NCBI RefSeq assembly: GCF_006345805.1
Contig: NC_043006.1
Span: 51,398,001-51,462,000 of the forward strand
Direction of reading: 5' to 3'
DNA from: Octopus sinensis
Taxonomy: Eukaryota
DNA length: 64,000 nt
In this document: one piece after another, positions 38,071 through 51,786 of the stretch
Layout of the letters: each line of letters starts with the position of its first letter
Position numbering within the stretch: position 1 is the stretch's first letter
Notes under the pieces: model-generated
The model's input: the letters and a program-made list of their open reading frames with translations, nothing else
Database searches by the model: none
What the model was told of the DNA's origin: nothing
Translations under genes and position numbers: made by a program

Positions 38071-40545
38071 TACGTTCACAATGGTGTTTCCTTATAGAAA
38101 GCCACCAATACAAGAGATGAGGGATATATGGAAGTCATAAGCAGGCAGTTTTGACAGGGAATTCTTTTGTAGCTGGTATATATGTATATGTGGTGTTGAG
38201 CTTAGTGGAGTAGAAAGAGACAGATTCAGAGAACCCCTATAACGAGTGTGTGCAGTTTTGAATTGAATTGCAAGCAAACGGTAAATGTTTTGTTGGGATC
38301 AAGAGTTAAGTGCAACAACATTGTTTTCACCAAACCTCATAAGATTGAGGGCCAACAAGTGAGTGACATAGAAGAGTAGGTTTCCAATAAATTTGACTTT
38401 ATCTGTATGATACTGATAGTTAAAAATCTGCAGAGGGATTCAAGGTATCGGAGAAGGTTACTATTAATAAGTTTCTATCACGTATGGACTGTTGTAAGTG
38501 AGCCTGTCATTTGATCTGCACAGTCATTGCAACTATGACTTCATGGCTTTGGCATGACTCAATAAGCTTACTCCATACTGGTCAGTTTTTTGCTTGAGTT
38601 TGCCATTCATTATGATCAATTCCTTTCCACTTCATATTTTTTTCTGCAGTTGCTTTGAATATCTCTGCCTAAGTCTTCCATGGTTTCATTTCCCCTTACA
38701 TAGTTGGGGGAAAAAAGGAGTTATCTGGGAAGTCTGCTGTTGTCTGTCCTGTGTACGTGACCCAAATAACACAAATTTCTCTCAATGATGTTTTCCATCA
38801 TAGGAGGCAGGCCAGTATATCAAAGGATCTCTTCAATCTTGATCTTGTCAAACAGAGCAATATTCATAATTTGTGGCATGAAAGTGAGCCTGGTAGGATA
38901 ATAATTGGCAAGACCAGAGGGGGTTAGCCTTCTTTGGAATGGTACACACTCATGTAGTATGTTTCAAAAGATTAGAACATATCCTAGAAGGGAGAGAGAG
39001 AGAGAGCAAGATCTGAGATTCATGTTTCATAGGAATGATTTTGGTAAGGAACACAGCAAATCCCTAAGAATTTTTTACAGTATATAATATCTCATGAAGA
39101 TTGCAACCTATACATGCCATCCATATTTTGTCTTTGTCACCAATGACATGTCCAAAGTATGCATTTTCTTGATACTTTAAGAAAGACAAATTACCTATGA
39201 AAAAAAATATAGAAAAGAACTTGTCTGTATCATTTTTGCATGTAAATGTCCTGCTCTGGTCCGACAGGAGTCAGACAATTATGTAATTTACAATTTCTAT
39301 AATTAGCAACCAAACCATGATAACAAAACATCCTTACCAGTGGAAATCACATATATCCACTCAAAATTTCATTACTCTTAACGATGGAAAGCAGTTTTAT
39401 ATACTAAAGCCACGTTTGAAACTATTTTTTGTTGAGGTATGCCACGGTTATTGAAGCAGCATGACTTGCAGAAAATACCAATTATATTTCTTGGTAGATA
39501 ATAAACACCATTACTGGAATAAGCGTGAAATTTAATTTGACAATTGAGGTATTAAATAAATTTAGATAACCAGGAGAGCGCGTTTTAAAATTATCAAAGG
39601 GTTATATTATTGAAAATTATATGTAGGTTTATAGAGGAGAAAGAGAAATATAAACTTAAGAAAATGGAATCAGATACACGATCAACAGATCTGAATTAAT
39701 AAAAACGACTCGATAATTATTTTGAGATTTCAATAATATGGACTGTTTGTTTTTAGATTGACAATGTAGAGTTGGCGTGAAAAGCTGGATTTGGCCAGTT
39801 TGAACAAAAAACTGACGGAATATTTGGATCGGATAAGGCCGGATTGAATACTAAGAAGTTAAGCTATATCATGCATTTCTTTTTAGCAGTTATACTCAAG
39901 GGGACACAACTCTAGCTGACAACTTACTGCACTATCAGTATAAGGTAGGTAACTCTTTGCGTTAGTATTTGGAGACGTTTGCTCGACTTGCAGATAATGG
40001 CCGATACCATGTCTTCAAATCCTTCCTTCCATCACTTAAATATGTAGCTTTTTCTTTTTGTACCGCATTTAAGATAATCGACACCTCTTAATACCCACTA
40101 GGTTTAGTTTCATCGTAGTTATATTTAGTAAGGTGAGAAAAAAAAAGAGTAAACGGAAGCTTTTCCTGTTAGATACATGAAGACAGTGCAAGCGAGGAGT
40201 GTGCAATGTCTTCGTGCATCTTAACTCGAGATGCAATTTCTAATAAACCTAAAGAATATGTACAGATTTCTTCTCAGTGTCAGTTAAAACTGTTTCAGTT
40301 TGATACGGTATACGTAGAAACACTGAAAAGAAATACTAAGTTAAGTAAAATATAATAGAATGAAAACCTCGTAACTGGACAGGTAGCGAGGAATTGTGAT
40401 TCAAAAAAGTAGAGTTGTTGAGGCATTTCTAATTAAGCTAATAAACCTTGGAGTCAAATTCACTGAAGACATATGTTCATGTGAATAAGATAATTCTTCA
40501 TATAACTTCGAGTAGTTAGTTTGGCAGAAATAGACTGTGTACCTT

Positions 40546-40947
40546 AAGGCGTCGAGCTGGAAGAATCGTTAGCACGCCGGGCGAAATGCGTAGCCGTATT
40601 TCGTCTGCCGTTACGTTCTGAGTTTAGATTCCGCCGAGGTCGATTTGCCTTTCATCCTTTCGAGGTTGATAAATTAAGTAACGGTTACGCACTGGGGTCG
40701 ATATAATCGACTTAATCCGTTTGTCTGTCCGTGTTTGTCCTCTCTGTGTTTAGCCCCTTGTAGGTAGTAAAGAAATAGGTATTTCGTCTGCCGTTACGTT
40801 CTGAGTTCTAATCCCGCCGAGGTCGACTTTGCCTTTCATCCTTTCGGGGTCGATTAAGTAAATACCAGTGGCGCACTGGAGTCGATATAATCGACTTAAT
40901 CCGTTTGTCCCCTCTATGTGTAGTCCCTTGTGGGCAGTAAAGAAATA
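40546..40947 (+). mobile_element. Young dimeric SINE family B with 20-bp TSD
   Basis: Perfect agaaatagactgtgtacctt at 40526-40545 and 40948-40967. The second monomer starts internally at tatttcgtctgcc. Confidence 0.92.
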
Positions 40948-41489
40948 AGAAATAGACTGTGTACCTTGCATATCATAGAATCGCTTTGATTATTCTCTGT
41001 ACTTAAGAAAATGTCAGTATCAGCGAAAATAAAAACAATTATTTAACATGTCTAGTTGTCTAAACTTGTCCGACAAGTTTGTCGTCGGAATGCAAAGTTC
41101 ACTAATGTAGATTAGGTTATTTTTGTACAATCCCGACTTCATTTTTTTTCGTTTTCAATCGCTCTCTTATATGTCGCTTAAACGAATAATGATGTCGCCG
41201 GCATCATTATTATTCAGTTAAGAATGAGTAGGGGACTGGTTGAAAGAGTAGAACGTTGAATATGCATGGCTATAAATCAGTGTCTTTCACTGAATTAGTT
41301 ATCTTATAACTTTCTTTGGCGCTAGTTTAGCGCGTGATCTGCAACTTCAAGCGTGATTACTTTAAGCGACATTTTAGGTTTTTGACGTTGCAAAACTCGC
41401 GGTTGCTAAACTTGTGTGATATACGCGCTTATTTTAATCATTATTTTGTTTATAATTGGTTCCTTATTATTATTTACTAAGACATAAAT

Positions 41490-41890
41490 GAAGTATTCTT
41501 TCTTTCTTTCTTTTACTTGTTTCAGTCATTTGACTGCGGCCATGCTGGAGCACCGCCTTTAGTCGAGCAAATCGACCCCAGGACTTATTCTTTGTAAGCC
41601 CAGTACTTATTCTATCGGTCTCTTTTGCCGAACCGCTAAGTGACGGGGACGTAAACACACCAGCATCGGTTGTCAAGCAATGCTAGGGGGACAAACACAC
41701 ACACACATATATATATATACATATATACGACAGGCTTCTTTCAGTTTCCGTCTACCAAATCCACTCACAAGGCATTGGTCGGCCCGGGGCTATAGCAGAA
41801 GACACTTGCCCAAGATGCCACGCAGTGGGACTGAACCCAGATCCATGTGGTTGGTTAGCAAGCTACTTACCACACAGCCACTCCTGCACC
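41490..41890 (-). mobile_element. Young SINE family A
   Basis: Full-length reverse complement with CpGs retained. Confidence 0.92.
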
Positions 41891-42562
41891 TAAGTATGGT
41901 TTTATTATTATTAAAATAGTCAGAGTTTTGAAAATTACATTTACAATGTTAAGTATGTACAAAATAATTTATTGTAAAGAATCTTTAATCAACATCTTAA
42001 GGGATTTTAGAAGTTGAAAAGTGAGCTAAAAAGTAACCTAAAGTAATTGTCCTGTAGTGTAGCTCAGTGATATCCTCTACAGTCCTTGTCATAATTGTCT
42101 GATCAATACACTTTCAATGAATGCTTCCAATTGTCATTTAACTCAAATTATATCAATTTTCATGTTTTTGGCCTGAAAAGTGAAAAAAATGGAAATTCAG
42201 CCCCAGACACCCAAATTTTCAAAAAGATTTGAAGTTTCATAAATTTCCAGAATTGTGTTATCAATACACTTCCAATGAGGCCCCAACTACTTTCTAATCT
42301 TTCTCTCTTTTTTTTTTGCGCACAGAGGTAGTAAGGATAAGAATAATAATAATAAGTGTTTACATCAAATATGAAGAATAACATAAATGGAAACAATGAG
42401 TTTAGAACGCGTTCATTTAAAACAAGAGGTATAGATGCTGGTAAGGTAAACTAATCAAGCTAATAACAGTTACAAAAGCCACAAGTCTAGTATTAATAAC
42501 TAAGATATATAATAACACCCACTTTATCTAGTATAGGTAAAAATACCTTATTTATGCACCTT

Positions 42563-43172
42563 GTGAAGGCACATGGTTTAATGGTTAGGGTGTTGCACTC
42601 GTGATCAAAAGATCATGGGTTCGCTTCCCAGACTAACTGTGCATTGTGTTCTTTAGCAAAACACTTCCTTTTATGTTGCTCCAACCCATGGGTAACCTTG
42701 TGACAGATTGGCATATAAGATTGATATTGTGACACAGAAAAATAACCCAAACGAAGGTCTTGAAAACCATGTTTTCAGTAACCAAAAAGATGAATAGTAA
42801 AACCTGTGCTGTGAATCATGACAAATTGGGATTGGTTGTTTAATGACATCAAAGGCTGAATACTCTACTTCAGCCATCTCATGTCAGATATTGTCTAGCA
42901 ATAGTTAGTTTAATATGAAGTATGCTAAAACTAATAAATAATAAAATAAATGGGCCCTTTTAAAGCCTAGCCAGGCTCATGAGCCCGGTTTCCTGGTTTC
43001 AATGGCGTATGTGTTCCCCAGCGTTACTCCTTTTTGCCAGCTGAGTGGACTAGAGCAACGTGAATTGAAGTGTTTTGCTCAAGAACACAACACATCGCCT
43101 GGTTCAGGAATCAAAATCACAATCTTTACAATCATGATGCTGACACCCTAACCATTAAGCCATGCACCTTCA
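42563..43172. mobile_element. Two SINE family C copies in inverted orientation (42563-42705 +, 42945-43172 -)
   Basis: Both match 3051-3305. Confidence 0.8.
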
Positions 43173-43544
43173 CACTGAAACTAATAGCCAGCTTAATATG
43201 AAAAATACTAGAACTAGGTGTAATTATAAACTGGCTAATGAATGTCCTGTTAAAGAGTACCTTCTCAGAAAAATTGGAATTAAGTAATATACAAGATTTA
43301 CATCCAACTTTTTTAAAATCAGATATTCTTTGCACAAGCAATCTTCTCATGCCAAATTAAAAACATTCAATGCCATTGCCAAAATAACTATGGAATGTCA
43401 AATCTAAAATTGGTTGGGATGTTTTAAGCACAGTGAAATGATATGGGGATCAAAGACATGAAGGTGTTTGTGCATATAGAAAGCTGTAGAAATCTTACTA
43501 ACCAGTATTAACTTAACTAAAAAGAATGAGCTCTTAGCTAATTG

Positions 43545-43800
43545 CATGCACACACACACATATATATGTATATATATATATGTATGTGTTTGTATATTTT
43601 TGTGTGTCTGTGTCCCCCCCAGCATCGCTTGACAACCAATGCTGGTGTGTTTACATCTCTGTAACTTAGTGGTTCGGCAAAAGAGACTGATAGAATAAGT
43701 ACTAGGCTTACAAAGCATAAGTCCTGGGGTTGATTTGTTCAACTAAAGGTGGTGCTCCAGCATGGCCGCAGTCAAATGACTGAAACGAATTAAAGAATAG
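43545..43800 (+). mobile_element. SINE family A, 3' half
   Basis: Microsatellite plus family A tail. Confidence 0.85.
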
Positions 43801-43820
43801 AGAGTACACAAACACACATA

Positions 43821-45079
43821 CAAGAAGGTACCCAAAAGTAACCAGAAATGTTCTCCGTAGGACAAGCCCATTGTAGGTCAGGTTTCCACCACTAGAAGCC
43901 ATCTGATGTGACCCTTGGGTATTAGTCTGCCAACTAGCAGCATCAGGTGAAGTCATACTGTGACGTGGTGCATCTTTTTTTGCAGTGCTTCTCCTGTCTG
44001 CTGATCTTTGTGATGGCTGTCTAAATGAAGGAACAGCATGCTTCTGTTTTCTCCTGGGGAAAACAGTGACCAAAACAGCTGTCATGCTTCAAACAGCTTA
44101 CAAAGACACTGCCAGGAGCAAAACATTTATGAGTGATTTTCACACTTTAGGAATGGTCACTTGTTGCTTGAAAACCAACCTCATACAGGGTGCCTGTATG
44201 AACAAATGAAAACATCACGAAAATTCATGAATTGATCTTGGAGAACAGTTGCCAAACTCGTTGATATGACTGGTGTCCTAGAGCTCCTGCCAATGAATTT
44301 TGAGTGAGGAATTGCAAATGAAAAGCGTTGCAACAAAATTTGTGCCTCACTTGCTCACAGATCAAAAGCAGTCATGATTAAATGCATGTCACAAACTGAA
44401 AGAACAGTTGAAAGTGGATCCAAACCTTGTTTTTGGAGGTCATCACCGTTGACAAAAGCTGCTGCTATGGCTGCAACCCAGAAACGAAGCAGCAATCAAG
44501 TCAATGGAAGCATTCAAATTCACCATGCCCCCAAAAAGTGTGTCAAATGAAGTCCAGTGTCAAGATGATGCTGATTTGTTTCATCAATGTGACAGGGATT
44601 GTCCACCCAGAATTTGCTCCTCCTGGTCAAACTGTTAACCAGACATTTTACTTGGTAGTTCTGAAGCATGAGATGCAGCGAGGCAAAAATGTCCCAACCA
44701 GTGACAAAGTGGAGAGTGGTGGTTTCATCACAAAGTACCAGCACACACCTCCTTGAGTGAGAGACAGTTTTTGACCAAAGATGGCATGACTCTGCTTACC
44801 TGCCCTCCCTATTCACCTGATCTTGCTCCCTGTCACTTTTTTTTTGTTCCCTCAAATGGAAACAGTTTGCAGCTGTGGAAAAGGTGAAGAAAAACGATGG
44901 TGGTGTTAAAAGGCATCACTTCGCAAGATTCCAGGACTGCTTTGAACAGTGGAAAACGTATCTGGACTGATGCATTGCTTCAAATGGAGAATACTTGGAG
45001 GGAATAAAAGTGTAAACATATAAAGCTAAGGGAATAAAATAATATTGCAAAATTCCGGTTTCTCTTGGGTACCCCCTTG
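43821..45079 (+). mobile_element. Full-length decayed mariner (DD34D-type), 1.26 kb
   Basis: TIRs caag..ggtaccca and tgggtacccccttg with TA on both sides. ITVDKS..YG.NPETKQQSSQWK and PPYSPDLAP motifs, frameshifted. Confidence 0.9.
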
Positions 45080-45471
45080 TATGTATATGTGTATATGTAT
45101 TTGTATATATGATTGTGTCAGTAAAACTTTTACTTGTATGCTCTTCATAAACGTATAGCATAATAATTTAAGAGTAAATCAGCTTTATTTAAATTCCCAT
45201 TTATTGAAAGTTCATGGATAGTAATGCAATCAAAGTCAGGGCTCTGAGCGTCCTGAGATGAGAAAATGTAATGAGATCTTGTATAAAGGATGTATCCAGC
45301 CTATATTAGCATGCAGAATGAGCACTAGGCCATCTATAAGGATGATTCAAATATAGTATTACTTGTTTTGTATATATTTATATATAAAAAATTCAGGGTG
45401 AATACTTGATAATTTTAAGCACCTGTATATGCCAGTTAGTGGTGTAGGTGATAGAGTATATTTATCAAAAG

Positions 45472-47499
45472 AAAAACATGATGCAAAGGATTTAGCGGTA
45501 CATATGTTTCTGGCTTTTATTAGACAGCTTATATCAATGCATAAATGATGTAATATGTATGTCAATAGCCTTCTTCAGCCGCACACAATTACTACTCCAA
45601 GGACATGTATTACATTATAAGTTTGGGAAAAAGACGATTTACGTTGGGGATGCAAATCCTCATAGTCGTGTACAACAGAGCGAGGCACCAAAACAAAAAC
45701 AAAACGTCCATCCCGTTTTTCACTCAATGTAGAATGAGGAGGTTGGATGTTGAGATAAAGAGGGAAGGAGTTGGAGGGGGTGAATCTTTAATGAGTTAGG
45801 GATCACAAAGAGGGAGAGTAGTAGGTGCAAAATGTAGTAAAAGAGTAAAAATTAAAATTTAAAAAAATATAAAAAATATAAAAATATAAAAAGTATATAA
45901 GTATATAAATATATAAATATATAGATATATAAATACACAAGGACGTGAAAAAACATGGGAATATAAATAAATAAAGATAAAGAAGCGAAAAAAATAAAGA
46001 CGAAAAATAAGGATAAAAAATAAAAAATAAAAATAAAATATAAAGGGATAAAGAAATATAAAGGGGTAAAGAAATAAAAAGGGTGGACGGAAGGGAAGAT
46101 AACGTAAGGTACAGAAAAAAAAGATATTCCGGTTGGTGAAGCTTAAGGATGTACGGTGGGTGTCATAAATTAACTTAATTATCTGGGGACCAAGTGGATG
46201 GTCAATATAAGTTGTCTGCTCCAAGTTGGTTTGTGGCTAAATAGTTTATCTACTTTCTCATAAATTGTCTGGGACTGTGTTACTAACAGTCAACATGTAC
46301 ACACGTACATGCATGCATACATATACACATCCACACGTATATATACATACATACTCCCGTGTGGAAGTATCGACAGGGATACGCATATACATACGTCCCG
46401 CTACGTACAGATACCTAAACCCGCAGAAACTAAATACATAAATACATATACACTTACACACCTCTGCAGACGTACCTGTATACATACAAATACATACTCA
46501 CACGTACATATATCGAGCCTGCACATCTACACACTTGTGTACGTATATGCGCACATACATAAATATCTCAATATACACATACATATGGAAAAAAGCGCAT
46601 GTAGTTGGGTACAAGAACCCACGCACATACGTACGTATACGCATACATGTACATACACACCTACATAAGGAAGTAAATCCCTATGCATATACAGATATGC
46701 ATATATGCATAGAAACAGGTATATCTATCCGAATGTCTATGCACGTGCATGCGCACCTCCATGCACTCGGACAAGGAGGAACTAGAAATGCACATACAAG
46801 TCTACATATGCATACACACATATCTACACTCACACACCCACAAGCGCACATACCTACACACATATATATATACACACACACATATATACAAACAAATACA
46901 TATACGTACCTGCGTACACATTCATACAAACATGTATATACGCCCACCACTACTCGCACACACATGGACATACTCATATGCACATATATGCTCGTGCTCG
47001 CATCTACACGCACGTGCGCTAATGTGTGTGCACCTTCGCAGGCATATACTTCTATGCAGGGGTACGTATAACTCACGAAGTATAGAGGTCTCCACACATA
47101 TGCATCCGAAGATTCATTCCTGCACACACGCAAAAAGGAACCTACATATTCTAAATGTCTGTCTCAGAGTGGTTTGATGGTTATAAACCATTGTAAATAA
47201 ATTATAAGTGAGTAATTAGCAAGTTAAAGATGTGTACAGGTAAATCAGAAAAGAAAGAAAAGAAAGGAAAGAAAAAAAGACAAAAATTAGAGAAGGGATA
47301 AAAACAAAAATTAAAATTAAAATTAAAAAAATAAAAATTTTAAAAATAAATAAAAATAGGGGACATTAAATTGAGCACTAGCTAGAATGAATGGAGATTA
47401 AGAAATTATAATGAACAAAAAGAAGATAGACATGAAAGTAAAAAAGCTGAAAGTAAAAAAACAGGAAGTAAAAAAACATGAAAGTAAAAAAGTATAATA

Positions 47500-47567
<68 letters not shown>

Positions 47568-47835
47568 TATATATAAATATATAAGAAAATAGAAGTAAAA
47601 TAAAAATAAAAATAAAAGTAAAAGTATTCGAATAAAGATTAAAATGAAATGAAGGTAAAAAATAAAAGGTGATTGCAAAGGTAATTACTTATAATGTAAT
47701 ACGTCCTTGGAGTAGTAATTGTGCGCGGCTGAAGAAGGCTATTGACATACATGTTACATCAATTATGCATTGATATAAACTGTCTAATAAAACTCAGAAA
47801 CATATGTACCACTAAATCCTTTGCATCATGTTTTT
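45472..47835. mobile_element. 2.36-kb non-coding block bounded by ~150-bp inverted repeats
   Basis: 45472-45620 is the reverse complement of ~47686-47835 (about 90% by eye). Interior is A-rich and cryptic CA/TA low-complexity sequence. Confidence 0.7.
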
Positions 47836-47842
47836 ATATATA

Positions 47843-48352
47843 TCTATATATATAAAACTGTAGTTGTGTGAGTGTCTGTCCCCTTCGATTTAGATTCCTA
47901 ACTACTCCCACATTTTGCGGTGCAGTTTAACCAAATTCGGGTATCTTATAGTCGTGATTCATATCGAGCCCGTCTGAGTATTAGCACGCGCTACGATGAG
48001 TCTACGATTTTAAAAATAATTTAACATCATTTTTTATTCCATTTTAATGCATAATTTTTCGTGTCGATGGCGGCGGAGTTAGCGTCCATGGTCACACCTG
48101 CACCTGTTTGCTTCTCCCTCTTCTTCCCTCCCTCGTGAAGCTGTGGGGAAGGGAGTGTAAGGAAATCAACGTCGTAAAGCGTTGTCAAGGAGAACAGCGT
48201 TCTTTTAGAACAATGACTTCATGGCTTGAAGACACCAAAACAGAAATGGCTAAGAAAGCCCGAATTGGCATCTATAAGGGAAGTAACTCTCTAAAAATGC
48301 TTATATAGTTATTTCCCTTACAAACCCAAGCAACGCCGGGCGATACTGCTAG
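47843..48352 (+). mobile_element. Non-autonomous Helitron
   Basis: Starts TC(TATATATA), ends CTAG, lies between A and T with no TSD, and has a GC-rich subterminal hairpin-like ccc..aacgcc-ggg. CpG-rich, so probably young. Confidence 0.8.
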
Positions 48353-48810
48353 TATATATATATATATATGTATTAAGTTTAAGGTTGCAATGACACTTGG
48401 AAATTAAGCTAAACTATCAATAAAGAAAAGATAAAATTATATAGTATAGATTTTATTAAAAACAGAATCATTCACTTAATGGTACAAAATAAAATTTCAC
48501 ACATGCATATAAAATATGTTCCCTAATCATGTAATGGAATATATTTCTCAGCTCTTTATTGTCAATGTCAAATGAATCAGTATCTTTTCTAGATTCTGGA
48601 AATATGTAAGATGCAATACACACACATACATACATTATATATACATATATATATGTATTATCAAATCATTACCAGCATCGCCTTACTGGCACATGAAAAA
48701 GTGAGGTCATTGCCAGTGCCAGAGCAGGACTGGCTCCTGTGCAGGTAGCACATAAAAAAACACCATTTGAGCATGGCCGTTGCCAGTACCACCAGCCAGG
48801 CCCTTGTACC

Positions 48811-48972
48811 GGGTAAGAAGACAGACAAAATCCATGCTGTTTTCACTTCAGCTTAGAAGCTACTGATGCATCAGTGACAAACTAGAACCCTAACAAGTTT
48901 CTTTTTACCTGATGTCTTAGTAGCTTCTAAGCTGAAGTGAAAACAGCATGGATTTTGCCTGTCTTTTTACCC
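48811..48972. mobile_element. 162-bp MITE / hairpin
   Basis: ~54-bp TIRs (gggtaa..ttaccc) with a perfect 39-bp core. 14-bp palindrome actgatgcatcagt at 48862-48875. Confidence 0.85.
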
Positions 48973-49337
48973 TCTTAGAGGATTTAAGTAAAATTATACA
49001 AATGTGTCTGACTGACTAAATTAATTCTATTCATTTATTTATGCAGCTGAGTATAGCCCTGCATTTAAATTGATGTAATGATTGCATTGTTCAATTAAAT
49101 GGAGCCACTTGAAACGATTGTATTGCACCACCTCTGGATATCCTGTTGCTTATTTTGATTTTATTCACCTTATTTTGAAATTGCAAGGATAATAGTGCAC
49201 TAATTTTTAGTGCCTCAACTTAAGGACCTAATTCATCTGAATCTCAATTATATATATATACATATATAGTACAAAGTAAGATAGGGGTTATGAGGGTGTT
49301 TCATATTTATATTTATATTTTTATGATTGTACTTTAT

Positions 49338-49466
49338 AATCTCTGATGAGGCCTTGAGATATATATAAGTACCTCATTTTCAACTGCTTATTACCTAAAT
49401 ACATTTGACTAATATAGGCAGAATGAGATGCTTTTATCTATGGGCTGAAACAGCTGTAAGGAGAAG
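49338..49466 (+). ncRNA. Type I hammerhead ribozyme motif (degenerate, long stem II)
   Basis: CTGATGA (49343-49349), GGCC..GGCT stem II, GAAA (49447-49450), C-AGCT-G palindromic stem III, GTA cleavage triplet (49456-49458). Helix I is only ~3 bp. Confidence 0.6.
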
Positions 49467-49899
49467 TTTATTTATATTATTCTTATGGTATTATTAATTT
49501 GCATATTGATGTATATTGTTTTGTTCGATTTTCATGTTCCTATTTATATAATTAATAAATAATATGAAATGGTAATATCTGTAAGTTGATGTTCGAAATG
49601 AATTTGTTCCTCCATTTTCTTATTTGCATATATATATATATATATATATATTTCAAATGACTGCATTTATTAAAAATATCATAATGCTTTCTCGCCAATA
49701 ATTTAAATATATTTATGGTCTTATACAATAGTGTTGGGAGCATATTAACACATGCTGTCATATCTACTTTCTTGTGTGAATACATTTTTATGATAAAATT
49801 TATATTTTCTAACAGGATGACGTTTGATACTAATACAGTAACTCCTCTGTATGGATATAAATGTGTAGTTAAGTATGGGAGAATAATTTACTACAGATA

Positions 49900-50700
<801 letters not shown>

Positions 50701-51023
50701 CTATAAGGATATTTTTCTTCTTTTTGATTTGTATTTTATTTCAAGATAACATATTTACTGCTGCACGTTCATCAACTATGATCCTGTTAAAGTCAATTGA
50801 TGCAGCAAACTTCTTTGCAATCCATGTTTAATTTGTAGGCAAAATAATTTTATACACATTCCAAATAATGAGACATTTTGCTAATAATCTCACCCGGGGA
50901 AAATATCTCCTAGTAATTCAGCCTAAGATTTACATTTAAATGTTATAACAGCTCTTTACAACTTCATTTAGTTTGATGATACATCTGAAGTAAAATTCTG
51001 TCAATCCAGTATCACCCAGTATT

Positions 51024-51045
51024 CTGAAATCATAGAGAAACAGTA
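51024..51045 (-). promoter_or_regulatory. Probable 3' splice acceptor of the ZNF exon
   Basis: ctgtttctctatgatttcAG|AATACTGG on the minus strand, implying a ~345-nt 5' UTR segment and upstream exon(s). Confidence 0.55.
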
Positions 51046-51264
51046 TAAGATAAAAATTACGTTAAAAGCAAAGATTCAACAGAGGAATAAATAAGCTGAA
51101 GCAATATAAGTCTTCTATTAGATAAATATAACTATTTTTTCATAACTTTCTCTATCATTGTGAATAGATTATTCATCTGGTGGATGTGATTTGATTGGAG
51201 GTATATTATTTTGGTACTTTTGAAACACAGACAGACACACACTTATATACAAATATTTTATCTA

Positions 51265-51786
51265 CTGTAAATCCTCGAGTATAATCCGCATTTTTTTCCC
51301 AAAATTTAAAGGTCGAAATCCCTAGTGCATACTATATACGAGGTTAAAAATGAAAAATAGTTTCTAAGCAATGTCCGAGTCTCTATTTGCTGTCTGGCAA
51401 CATTTATTCAGACGCATTTTGTGATGTCGGGTGCGAAAATACCTTAAGCTAAGCCTGAAAGCAATGAAGTCATAAAAGAATCATCCATAACTTGCAGTAA
51501 GCAACATTTATTAAAATAAAAGTATTCAGAACACAGAATAACATGTAACAAAAACAATTTGCAAACATATTTACATTCCCATATAACAGTTAAGAACATC
51601 ACCATTTTTGTATTACGCATGCGCGGAAGTGTTTGTTCGACTAGGTGTTGCTGGCTTAATTACACACGACTCAAGTTAGAGAAGGGGTGCGTATTATACA
51701 CAAGGTTTAGGTTTTTCAGAGGTACAGCCTCCTAAAAATCCCCCGCGTTTTATACTCAAGGGCGGACTATACTCGAGGATTTACGG
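51265..51786. mobile_element. pogo/Tigger-like MITE
   Basis: TIRs c(t/c)gtaaatcctcgagtata(a/g)tccgc with TA duplications at 51263-51264 and 51787-51788. Confidence 0.88.
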
